Source: an uncultured Clostridia bacterium
Lineage (GTDB): Bacteria > Bacillota > Clostridia > TANB77 > CAG-508
Length of the DNA stretch: 64,000 nucleotides
Assembly: GCA_944387555.1 (NCBI GenBank)
Contig: CALXFH010000008.1
Span: forward strand, 357 to 64,356
Reading direction: 5' to 3'
The stretch's first letter is position 1, and each line of letters begins with the position of its first letter. The position numbers and the translations under genes were made by a program. Positions 50,839-61,200 of the stretch are shown piece by piece. Under the pieces are notes generated by a model, which worked only from the letters and a program-made list of their open reading frames with translations, did not search any database and was not told where the DNA came from.

Positions 50839-52356
50839 CTATTTCCTATAATAGTTCATATTAAGGTCTTTTCCTAAGTACCAGCTTCCAATAAAGTCTA
50901 CTTGTAAATAATCTTCTAGGTCATATGTTGGCTCTTGTACAACTTTTCCAGTTCTATCTATAGAGCCCCATTTTCCATCTTTTTTTATTCCTGCATATCC
51001 AAAAGCGTTTTGCGAAGTTACATCATCATAAATATAATCTACTACTACTTTTCCATCTTTATCCACAAATCCATATTTTCCATCTTTTTTACTTACAAAT
51101 AATGTATTAGATGTAAATATATCTGATTCTTTTTCTTCTTCAAATTTAAAGTTATAATACTTATACTCTCCATCTTGTCTTATTTCTATATAACCCTTTT
51201 CATCATCTAAATCTGTTACCATTCCTGTTTGTTTTACTTCGTAATTGCCATCTAATACTTCATTATTATAGTTTTCATCTTCTGTTATATATAAATCTGC
51301 TTTTTCATTATATGTTATATTTCTATATTTAAATTCTACTAATGTATTTCCTTCTAAATCTATTATTCCATAGTTGTCTCCTGTTTTTGCAATAAATACT
51401 CCTGTTTTTGCTTCTTTTAAATCATCATAAGTTGCTTTAATTGTACTTTCACCAGATAAGTTCATAACTCCATATTTATTGTTCTTTTTAAATATAACTC
51501 CATTTTCTGAATTTTTTAAAATAGCTACTATCTCATCATAACTTCCATTTAAGCTTTCAGTTCCATCTTTTTTTACAACTTTTTGCTTTCCTCCATCAGT
51601 TACTACGTAATAATCTCCTTCATGAATTTTAGATACTCCATCATATTTAGTTTCTAATACTTGTCCATTTGATGTATCTACTACTCCATATTTTCCATTT
51701 GCATTTTTTACAATAAAGCCATCTGTTGTTTTGTCTCCTAATCCTTGTATTTCTGCATACTCTGTTGGAAGTAAAGTTTTTCCTTCATCATTTACTATTC
51801 CATAATTTCCATCTTTTGAAACAAGTAAAGCATTTTCTACTCCTTGAAGCGCCGTTATTTCGTCATATTCACAAGGAAGAATTTCAGCTCCTTCCATATT
51901 TATTAAGCCATATTTTCCACCATTTTGTACCTTTATTGCACTTCCATCATATGATAACTTTTCATTCTCATCTACACTTGAAATCGCCTCTACTTGTTCA
52001 TAATTAGTAAAGATTTCCTCATTTTTACTATTTAATGCTTTTGTGCTATATGTTCCATCATCATAATTCACATCAAATGTGCATAAGAATACATCTTTCT
52101 TACTGTTTGGAACTATTATCATTTCTGCATATGATGGGTCTATTACAACATTTCCATTAGAGTCTATTACTCCCCATTTGTTATTTTGATATGCTGCAAA
52201 ATAATCTATACTTGTTATATTTTCTTGAGAGTCATCATCATTTAGTATCCCAACTAACATAACAATACACATAATTATTACAACAAATAAGATTATTACT
52301 GCAAATACTTTTTTCATATTTAATTTTGGCTCATCATATCTTTTTCCTCTACTCAA
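50839..52356 (-). CDS. membrane-anchored WG-repeat (KWG-type) protein
   Basis: At least 8 repeats of the (K/N)(W/Y)G(V/I/F)(I/V)(D/N) motif and an N-terminal TM helix. Probable TTG start at 52356 after AGGAGG. The ORF-track ATG is at 52380. Confidence 0.8.
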   Translation of the reverse strand: MSRGKRYDEPKLNMKKVFAVIILFVVIIMCIVMLVGILNDDDSQENITSIDYFAAYQNNKWGVIDSNGNVVIDPSYAEMIIVPNSKKDVFLCTFDVNYDDGTYSTKALNSKNEEIFTNYEQVEAISSVDENEKLSYDGSAIKVQNGGKYGLINMEGAEILPCEYDEITALQGVENALLVSKDGNYGIVNDEGKTLLPTEYAEIQGLGDKTTDGFIVKNANGKYGVVDTSNGQVLETKYDGVSKIHEGDYYVVTDGGKQKVVKKDGTESLNGSYDEIVAILKNSENGVIFKKNNKYGVMNLSGESTIKATYDDLKEAKTGVFIAKTGDNYGIIDLEGNTLVEFKYRNITYNEKADLYITEDENYNNEVLDGNYEVKQTGMVTDLDDEKGYIEIRQDGEYKYYNFKFEEEKESDIFTSNTLFVSKKDGKYGFVDKDGKVVVDYIYDDVTSQNAFGYAGIKKDGKWGSIDRTGKVVQEPTYDLEDYLQVDFIGSWYLGKDLNMNYYRK

Positions 52357-52417
52357 AAGTTTCTTCCTCCTTTTGCACATTTATAATATCATAAATCACT
52401 TAATTTATCAATTAATC

Positions 52418-54808
52418 TTAAGCTTCTTTTTTTCTAAATTTACAAACTAAAACACTCATATCATCTTTTGCTACTCCATAATTATTATCTACTGCTTCTT
52501 CTAATATTAAATTAGCTATTTTTTGAGTATTTGTTGTTTCTATATCTTCTAATAGATATTTAATCCATAATTCTTTATTTTTATATTCTACATTTGAGTC
52601 TAATATACCATCTGAACAAAGTACCATTATTTCCCCAGATTCTATGTCTTTATCGAATGTTTGTATTTTGCTTCCTTCTATTATTCCTGTAGGTAATGAA
52701 TTTGATTTTACCATTTTAACATTTTTTCCATGTTTTATGTATGTTGGACATGCTGCACTTTTGATAAATTCAACATTACCTAAATACAAATCTACTATTG
52801 CAATGTCTAATGTTGCAAAGCTTTCTTTATTCTGATTTATTAAGGCATTGTTTATCAAGTCTAATGATATATCTTTATCAAATCCTGATAATAACAAGTT
52901 TTCTAATAGTCTCAAAGCATTTGAACTACTGTCCTTTGCCTCTTTTCCGCTTCCCATTCCATCACTTATTGCTACTAAATATTTTCCATCTTTTAGTCTA
53001 ATTGTTAAAGTACTATCTCCAGAAAGCTCACTTTTTGTTTTTGTCATAGCAGCTGTTCCCATAGCCATTACAAATTTATCATCTGATAAAAAGCTTAACT
53101 TTTTGCCTACAACAGCATCTTCATTTAATACTATTTTTTCTCCCATTATTTTAGTTAGTATTTTTTCTATGGTTTCTATTTTTGCTGTTTCTAAATTCTC
53201 ATTTAAATAAATTTCTATTATAAATCTATTTTCTTTTTTAATAGCTATATCTTGGATTTCTATTCCTTTTTGTTCTAATAATTCAATTATCTCTTGTTTT
53301 TCTCTTACATATTTTTCTTCATTTTCTATATCATTTTCTAATCCTTTTGCCATACTTTCTATTGCTTTTGATACGCCTTTTAGCTGTTTTTCTACATTCT
53401 TTTTGTTTTGCACTATTTTCTTTTTCCAGATAAAATCTGATTTAGCTACTTTATAAGAAACATTTATTGTTCTTACTATTTGCATTATATTTTCTTCTAG
53501 ACGCTTACTTATATCCTTATCATCAAAGCCTATTATATAGCTATTACATTCTGCAAATATTTTTAATAAGTCTTCTCTTGTTATTTCTTGTTTATCAAGC
53601 AATAAATTAAATATCTTATTTATAATCTCTCCATTTACGTCTGCTATATCTTCATATAACATATTATCTTTATAAGGTTCTAAATTGTTTAACAATTCTG
53701 ATATAAATATTCTTTTATTTTCATCTTGCTCTTTATTTACCTCTTCATTATCTACAGGTTCCTCTTTATATGTTGTTGCCATCTGGTTTATTGCTTCTGA
53801 TACGTTGTTTAGACTTTCTGCAACTTCTTTAGACTTATTTAACGCTCTTCCTCCTGTAGAAGGTAGAAATTTTGAATTTCCTATAAATTCTTCTAAGTCT
53901 ATTTGTAAGTTCTTAGGCACTAACAATAATCCAATTGACGCTACTAATATTTCTTTAAAATGGATTAATTCTACTGTATATCCATTTGATACATAAGCTA
54001 AAACTATATTTCCTAATGTAAAGCCAACTACTACACCTATTTTTCCAAATCTATTTAATATTCCTGCTATCATTCCTGATATCGCATATGCTGCTATCAT
54101 TATTGGCTCATTATTACTAATAACTCCTAAAGTTACGCCTATTGTTACTCCTGATGTTGTTCCAACAAGTATTCCATTTTTCCAACCTAAAATCATTACA
54201 ATTAATATGCTAAATACATTTCTTATACTAAAGCCATATATACTTGAGTCTCCAAATGCTGCTACCGCTATTGCAAAGAGCAAGCTTGCTCCTATTACTT
54301 CTTCTATTGAAAAAGCTCTTTTAGTATAAAATTCTTGAACTACCGGAATAGAATTTACAAATATTTTGTAAAATACTAATGCTATTATTGAAAGTGTTAT
54401 TGTACTTAGTACATCATATAATGTAAATACTGACATAAATATTTTTACCAAGCCTATAAGCAAAGTAGCAATAAATACATTTTTTCCAACTTTTATTTTT
54501 TCGTTTCTTTCTTCTTCATTATAACGTGGCTTTACTATAAATAGCGTTGCTATCATAACTAGAGCTGTTAATAAATATTCTAGCCCTCCACCAACGCCAA
54601 ATTTTATTAAATTACCAAGTAGCGAAACTACCACTACCCCTAAGGCTGGAATGGAAAATGCTAAACAAGCTCCTAGTAAACTCACACTAAATATTGAAAA
54701 TTCTCCACCCAAACTTACAAATGATAACATAAATGCCACAATATATATTACTATATTTTCTTTCGCAAATACATTCCCGTAATATATTAAATTTGCTTTT
54801 TTCTTCAC
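52418..54808 (-). CDS. spoIIE: stage II sporulation protein E (PP2C phosphatase)
   Basis: About 10 N-terminal TM helices and a C-terminal PP2C domain (ISDGMGSG...LCSDGI). The 5' end is uncertain; see the finding at 54797-54872. Confidence 0.9.
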   Translation of the reverse strand: MKKKANLIYYGNVFAKENIVIYIVAFMLSFVSLGGEFSIFSVSLLGACLAFSIPALGVVVVSLLGNLIKFGVGGGLEYLLTALVMIATLFIVKPRYNEEERNEKIKVGKNVFIATLLIGLVKIFMSVFTLYDVLSTITLSIIALVFYKIFVNSIPVVQEFYTKRAFSIEEVIGASLLFAIAVAAFGDSSIYGFSIRNVFSILIVMILGWKNGILVGTTSGVTIGVTLGVISNNEPIMIAAYAISGMIAGILNRFGKIGVVVGFTLGNIVLAYVSNGYTVELIHFKEILVASIGLLLVPKNLQIDLEEFIGNSKFLPSTGGRALNKSKEVAESLNNVSEAINQMATTYKEEPVDNEEVNKEQDENKRIFISELLNNLEPYKDNMLYEDIADVNGEIINKIFNLLLDKQEITREDLLKIFAECNSYIIGFDDKDISKRLEENIMQIVRTINVSYKVAKSDFIWKKKIVQNKKNVEKQLKGVSKAIESMAKGLENDIENEEKYVREKQEIIELLEQKGIEIQDIAIKKENRFIIEIYLNENLETAKIETIEKILTKIMGEKIVLNEDAVVGKKLSFLSDDKFVMAMGTAAMTKTKSELSGDSTLTIRLKDGKYLVAISDGMGSGKEAKDSSSNALRLLENLLLSGFDKDISLDLINNALINQNKESFATLDIAIVDLYLGNVEFIKSAACPTYIKHGKNVKMVKSNSLPTGIIEGSKIQTFDKDIESGEIMVLCSDGILDSNVEYKNKELWIKYLLEDIETTNTQKIANLILEEAVDNNYGVAKDDMSVLVCKFRKKEA

Positions 54809-55113
54809 CTACAGTATTTTTACTATTTAAGTCTATTGTATCTTCATTTAAATTTTGAAACATCCTTACCACCTCTTTAAATTTGATAAGCTTATTTTAC
54901 TACTTGTCCTTCGTGGTTTTTGTCTTTTCTAGTCTACTAAACTAAAAAAGTTTTTTACAAATTTTTATATATATTTTTTATTTTTTTCATAATAATTTAA
55001 TATACGATTTTTATTTTATTACAGAATATCGAAAAAAGCAATATTTAGGGAAAATATTAAAAATAATTTTTTTAATTTTTAAACAAAAAAACTATTCCAA
55101 ATTATCTCATTAA

Positions 55114-55150
55114 AAAAATCAGGCTAAGATTTCTCTTAAACCTGATTTTT
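55114..55150 (-). terminator. intrinsic terminator of the giant surface-protein gene
   Basis: aaaaatcagg / cctgattttt stem with a 17-nt partly paired loop and a T7 run on the minus strand. Confidence 0.7.
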
Positions 55151-55210
55151 ATATTTTATTTAATTTTTTTATCTTTTGTTCTATTTATTTAATCTTTTAG
55201 TATTTGATAA

Positions 55211-58200
55211 TTATCCTAATACTTTCTTTTTAATGAAGATAATTCCTGCTCCTAAGATTATGAATGAACTTATTCCTAAAATGATATATGGTATATAGTT
55301 TTGATTTTCACCAGTAGGTCCTGTTACTGTTAAATATACATAATCATCATCTCCGCCTGGTACTCTTCCTGTTTCACTTGGCACATAATCACCTGGTGTT
55401 GTATAATCCCCATCATGTTCCATTTTTCTGTTTTTTACTTCATTTACTTCCATATCATTTTCGAATATAAAGTCATCTGAGTTGTTACTTAATACTCTTG
55501 ATACTTCTAATGGTACCCTTAATTCTTGATTTGGTTCCATATTACTAAATGCTGTTGTTTGTAATATTTGGTTATATTGTTTAACTGCATTAAATGCATC
55601 TTCTGACAATAATCCTTGATCAACCATTTCTTCTTTTGTTATGTCAGTAATTTGCGTCCAATTGTTCTGATTATCCACATTATTTTCATTATATACTAAT
55701 CCATTTGACAAGTAATCAAATATGCTAGATATAGTTGCTAATTTCCAATTTGCATTATTTTGTGGAACTATTCCATATATGTAATAATCATTATCATTAT
55801 AGTCTATTTCTGCATTTCTATTATCTACTATTATTTCATATCTAATAGTTAATGTAGCACCTTGTAATAACTCACTATCCAATTCAATATGAATGTTTCC
55901 ATCTGGCAAGAATCTTAAGTGATTAATATTTCCTTCTCTTGGGTCTCCTTCAATTACTACTTGACCATTTGCTAGTTTTACTTGTACATAAGCTATTTCT
56001 TTTCTAACATCAAGATTTTGAATTGGTCTTCTTATAATTCCTAAATCCATATTGTCAAATACAAATTTAAGTTGTTCACCATATTGACTTATATTATCTA
56101 AGTTAATATCATAATCTAGCTTGATATCAAATAATCTTGTATTTGCTTCAATGCTTTCTAGAGCTGGACTATTTTCTTTTTGTATTGTTCCATAATTATA
56201 TGTTTGTTCTTCTCTAGTTCTGTATTCTACTATATCATCTATTGTTGTTCCATCTGTTCTTATTCCAGATATATCTCTTGCATCTGATAATCTTGTAGTT
56301 CCTTCACCAGTTTCTGCTCTATACCAGTAATCATTCATTGCATCTGCTTGTTCTTTATTTCCGCCTCTATAAATAGTTGATTTGTATTTTTCAGCTTCTA
56401 AATTTTCTGTTGTTCCATCTGGTTTTACTATTACACTTGAATTTCCGTATGTAAATCTTATTACATATTTTCCTGGTATTATTCCGCTAAACTCATAGTT
56501 ACCACTTTGATCTGTATTTGTAGTTGCAGATTCTGGTTCTTCTACAACATTACCTGCTTGTACTTGATCTTTCTTATACAATGATGCAACATTTGTTGGA
56601 TTTCCACTTTCATCGCAAGCAAGTAATTCTACTTTTACTTGTTCTACAACATTTTCACCATTTACGTAGATACCATCACCTTTTCTTTCTTTTTCATAAC
56701 CAGTATTATTTAATAATTCCTCAATAGCATTATCTTCCCATACTGTTCCTCTTATTACTCTACCTTCACTTTCACTTATTTGTAATATAAATGATGGTGC
56801 TTTATCTGTATCATCTTCATATGTTTCTTTGTTAGTATCATCATTTTCGTTATTTCTATTTTCAGGTATTGCTGAACCTGGTCTAGAATCTTTATCTACT
56901 CCGGCATAATGTATACTAAAGTTTTCATCTGAATATGTTGAATATGATGTTATTTCTGATACAGAATCTAGTGTTAAGTTTCCATTTAGCACTGCATTTA
57001 CTGCATCATTTTGTAACTTATATGTAATATAAATTGCTCTTTGATTTTCATGTACTATATTTTGATTTGCTTGTATTGTCATTTTTCTAAATCCATTATT
57101 ATCATAATTTGGATCTACCGCATAACTTAAAACATTACCATCTTCATCTGTAACCATAATATTATTAGTATCATATCTGTTATCAAAGTAGTTTACAACC
57201 TCATTTACTCTTGTATAAAGGTTTGTTGCTTCATTTCTTAGAGCAACTTTATATGTTACATATACTCCAAGAACTCCATTTTCTCCTCCAGTTTGTTCAT
57301 TATAAACAACATCTGATGAGTAAATAGTTTGTGTATAGTTTGCACTTCCATATTCGTTTCCAAATTTTACTCCAACATCAAATCCTTCTGGTACTTCTTG
57401 ATTAGCAAATCTTTGATTATAGTAATATGTGTGTTCATATCCATTTAAAGTTACTTTTGCGTTGTCTATGTCTTGTACTAATGCTAAATCTGGTTGTTCT
57501 CTTTCTCTTAATCCTAAATTAATGTCAGTTATCTCTGTAATATTTTCTTCTCTTATTTGCTCAGCTGATTTTATGTCTGACAAATATCCTGAATAATTAT
57601 TATTACCATCTGCTACAGAAAGGAATGCATCTCTTGTCGTTGATGTTATCACATATTGTTCATCTATCTTATTAGGATTTACTGGGAAGTTTTGTCCTTC
57701 ATAACCATATGCATCACTATCTTTTGAATTTGGTCCATAATTTAATGTACTATTATAATTTCCTTGAGTACGATCTCCCTCATCATAGTTCAAATCATAT
57801 GTTTTACTTCCTGTATCATCATTAGATTGTCCTATAGGGTCTGTTACTCCTTGATGAGTTATTTCTGAATACTTTCTATTAAATTCTGCCCTTACATCAG
57901 TATTTTCTATTGCTTTTGTTCCGTTTCCAAGTAAAATATCTACTATTGGAACTGATGTATAACTCATTCCATTATATGAGAATTCTATATAGTAATTTTG
58001 TAGTTCGTCTATTAAAACATCTACCATTTGGTATGTTCCATAGTTTTCTTCATTTGAACTTGTTAGTACTTCTGATACTAATTCTCCGCCTTCTTCTGTT
58101 CTAAATTGAATATAATTTTCATTTCTATCTTTCAATCTTACAGTTACATTGGCTACTAATCTATCAGGATTTGATTCATCATCTTCCGCTGCATTATATA

Positions 58201-61200
58201 GACTATCTCTTTCTGACGTTTTACCACTTATCATGTCTTCCCATACTTTTCCTGATAATTTAATCCATTTTCTTCTATTATTAAATGTAAGTATATCATA
58301 TGCATTATTAGAACTATTTGAAGTATTATCAGATGTCTGCCTTGATACTGTCATTGTTGCACTTGCCCCTGTTCCATCTGCTTGTCCATTATTCCAAGAT
58401 ATATAATTGTCATCTACTTCATAACCGTAATTATTATCTCCTACAGATATTTCTCTTACTGTATATGTTCCAGTTCTTATATTATATATCTTAATTTCTC
58501 CATTGCTATCTGTTATAAATTCTGTTGCTTGACTTTCGTCATCAGTAGTTTGCATGTTACTTAGGTAGATAGTTCCTTTTGCACTAGTTAAACTTTCTCC
58601 ATTTTCATCTATAGCTATTATATATTTTCCTGACGAATCCATTATCTTGAAGCTTACATCTTCTAAAACAGTATTTGAATCTTGATCTTTTTTAACTATT
58701 CTTAAGTTTCCTGTTTGTTTTTGATTTGTTATTGATAGTTCTTGTACAGTACCTCCAGTCACTGTAACTTGTACTTGTTTGTTTACTTCATGCTCATATC
58801 CATAATTATTATTAACTGTTTCTGTTAATGTATATGCACCTGGAGTTAAGTTATCAAAATGATATGTACCGTCTGTTGTAGTAAAGTTTTGACTAAACGT
58901 TCCATCATTTTTAGCTAAAGTTCCCTGAATATCTAGTTTTACATTTGGATCGTCATCATCTACCTTAATAATATCTAATGTAGCATTAAAGTTTGTCCAT
59001 TCAATTGTAGCTGTTGTAACTTCACTTCCATAATCATATCCTTCATCAAATTTATATTCTGTTGTATATACTCCTTGATGAGGCTTTGGTCCTTGTGCCC
59101 AATGCCATTGATTATAACTGTCATAACAAGGATTTTGTCCTGAATAGTAAAAATATTTTCTTCCATATGTATATCTATATGTTCTATATGTTTTTGTTTT
59201 ATTTTGAGTTACAGTTACACGACTTACTCCTCTTCCATATAGACTAGGTGATAGGCTTAAATAGAATGTGCTATTTCCTGGGACAGAACTCCAAGCATTT
59301 CCATTTGCATCACATGCCACCCATCCATCTATTACTGTCCCCGCTTTATCATATACTGCTACACTATAATTTTCAGAACTATTAGAACTTGTACCAAATG
59401 GTCCTAACACATAGTTGTTCCCTATTTTTCTTACTCCTATCTCGTTATTTGTTTTACTTAGTTGTATTCCTGGCGAAGTTATCTCTGTTGAACCATATGT
59501 TGTACTTCCAGAATTATAATCAAAAGTATATGCACTTTCCGAATCATAACAATGACTGCTTAACCTTGCAGGATAATCTACTACATCATGATGCCATCCT
59601 GCGGCTGTTCCATCATGGTTTGAACAATAAGCTGTTCCCGTTGGTCCCCCCTGAAATTTATGTTGATAATAACTTATATAATGGAAATTATATCCAAAAA
59701 CATCATTGCTAGAAACTATTCCAATAACAGCAAACATTATTAAGAACATTCCTATTTTTGAGATTTTTCTTATTTTTACTCTAAATTTAATTGCTAAAGC
59801 TAAAAGTGCAACTAGTATTAATACTATGGTCACAATTGATATATACATTACAAGACCTGTACTTACAGAAATAATTAATTGTGCTTCTGAATAATCATCT
59901 TCAGATGAATTTCTGTTTCCTGGTGTTGAATCATTATCTTGGATTCCTAATGTATTATCTACACTTCCTATTTCTGCGGCATTTGTAAATGTTCCTGTAT
60001 CTTCTTCTCCCATAGTTTTTGTTAGTGTTAAGTATATTTCTTTGCTTTCTCCTGCTGCTATTTCTTGATTCATTAAGCTTCTATTTATTAAGACTCCACT
60101 TTGGTTTGTCCAATTTGCATTACCATTTGAAGAAAAACTTAATCCATCTGGTAAATAGTCATATATTTCTCTAACAGTTGCTGGTGTTTTTCCTTCATTT
60201 GTAACAACAATTCTATATGTTACAGAAACTTGAGCTCCATTTATTTCTTTTGCCCTAATCTCTACTCTACCAAGCTTAGTATTGTCATATGAATATTGTT
60301 TTGTACCACTTTTGGTTGTTACAGAAATGTCTGTTATATATTTATCTAATTTCAAGTCACAAGCATCATTTTGTATTAAACCAATATCTATATTTGTTTG
60401 TTCTCGATTTAAATTTATCACATCTGTAACTCCAGCGTTTACTTCTCGTCCATCTAACGTTATTTTTTGTGAAGCCGCATCTGAGTTTACTGACTCTGCT
60501 ACTCCGCTTTTTCTATATTCTGTTAATCTATATATTGATGTATTATATGTAAATACTACAATATAATTTCCTTGTGCTAGATTAGAGAATGTATATCTTC
60601 CATTATTAGTTGTTGTTTCTGCTGCAACATTACTTGAATCATTTAAATTTACTAATAATACTTCTATTCCACTTATTAAACTCTCACTATCTTGTCTTGC
60701 TCCATCTCCATTTTCATCATTCCATGCTAAACCAGAAATATTATATCTTGCGTTTGGATCACCTGGATTTTCTGGATTATTTGGATCTTCTGGATTATTT
60801 GGATTATCTGGATTTTCTGGATCTGTTGGTTCTTCTGGAGTATCTGAACCTCCGCCTTCATCTATGTTACCTGGTAAAATTATATGTTTTACAATATTTG
60901 AAGTTTTTGTAAGACTAACTGTTTGTCTATCACTATCTATACTATACTTAACAATTGCACTATTTTGTATTTCTGTTCTTTCGTATACATATCCTGCCGT
61001 TGTTTTTATTGTCACGTTTACCGTTTCATTATACGGAACATATGTATATATATCTACTTCTGGTAATCTATTTCCATTTTCGTCACTTCTTAAAGTTATA
61101 TCCTCAGTTTTTTCTTGTTTTTCTGAAAGACCTGTAATTTGTTCAACCGGTCCATCTTCACCAACTACTTCTGAAAAAACAGGTTCATAGTAATCATAAG

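Noticed and set aside
54687-54872. The 61-aa ORF as an independent gene upstream of spoIIE.
   Set aside because: It overlaps the spoIIE 5' end. After its first ~20 codons it reads the spoIIE region in the wrong frame. It is better explained as the displaced spoIIE N-terminus.
55211-55330. LPXTG/SPXTG sortase signal at the C-terminus of the giant protein.
   Set aside because: The sequence reads LTVTGPTGEN. No P-x-T-G with correct spacing is present, so it is described only as a TM anchor.
59100-59630. Thioester (TQXA-type) adhesin domain at the start of the second module (AYCSNHDG ... NQWHWAQG).
   Set aside because: The Cys context is only vaguely similar, and the Gln motif spacing does not fit TQxA[IV]W. 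This cannot be supported without an HMM or structure.
60752-60850. CRISPR-like or other non-coding tandem repeat.
   Set aside because: The periodicity is 9 nt, in frame, inside the giant CDS. No repeat-spacer architecture exists anywhere in the window.
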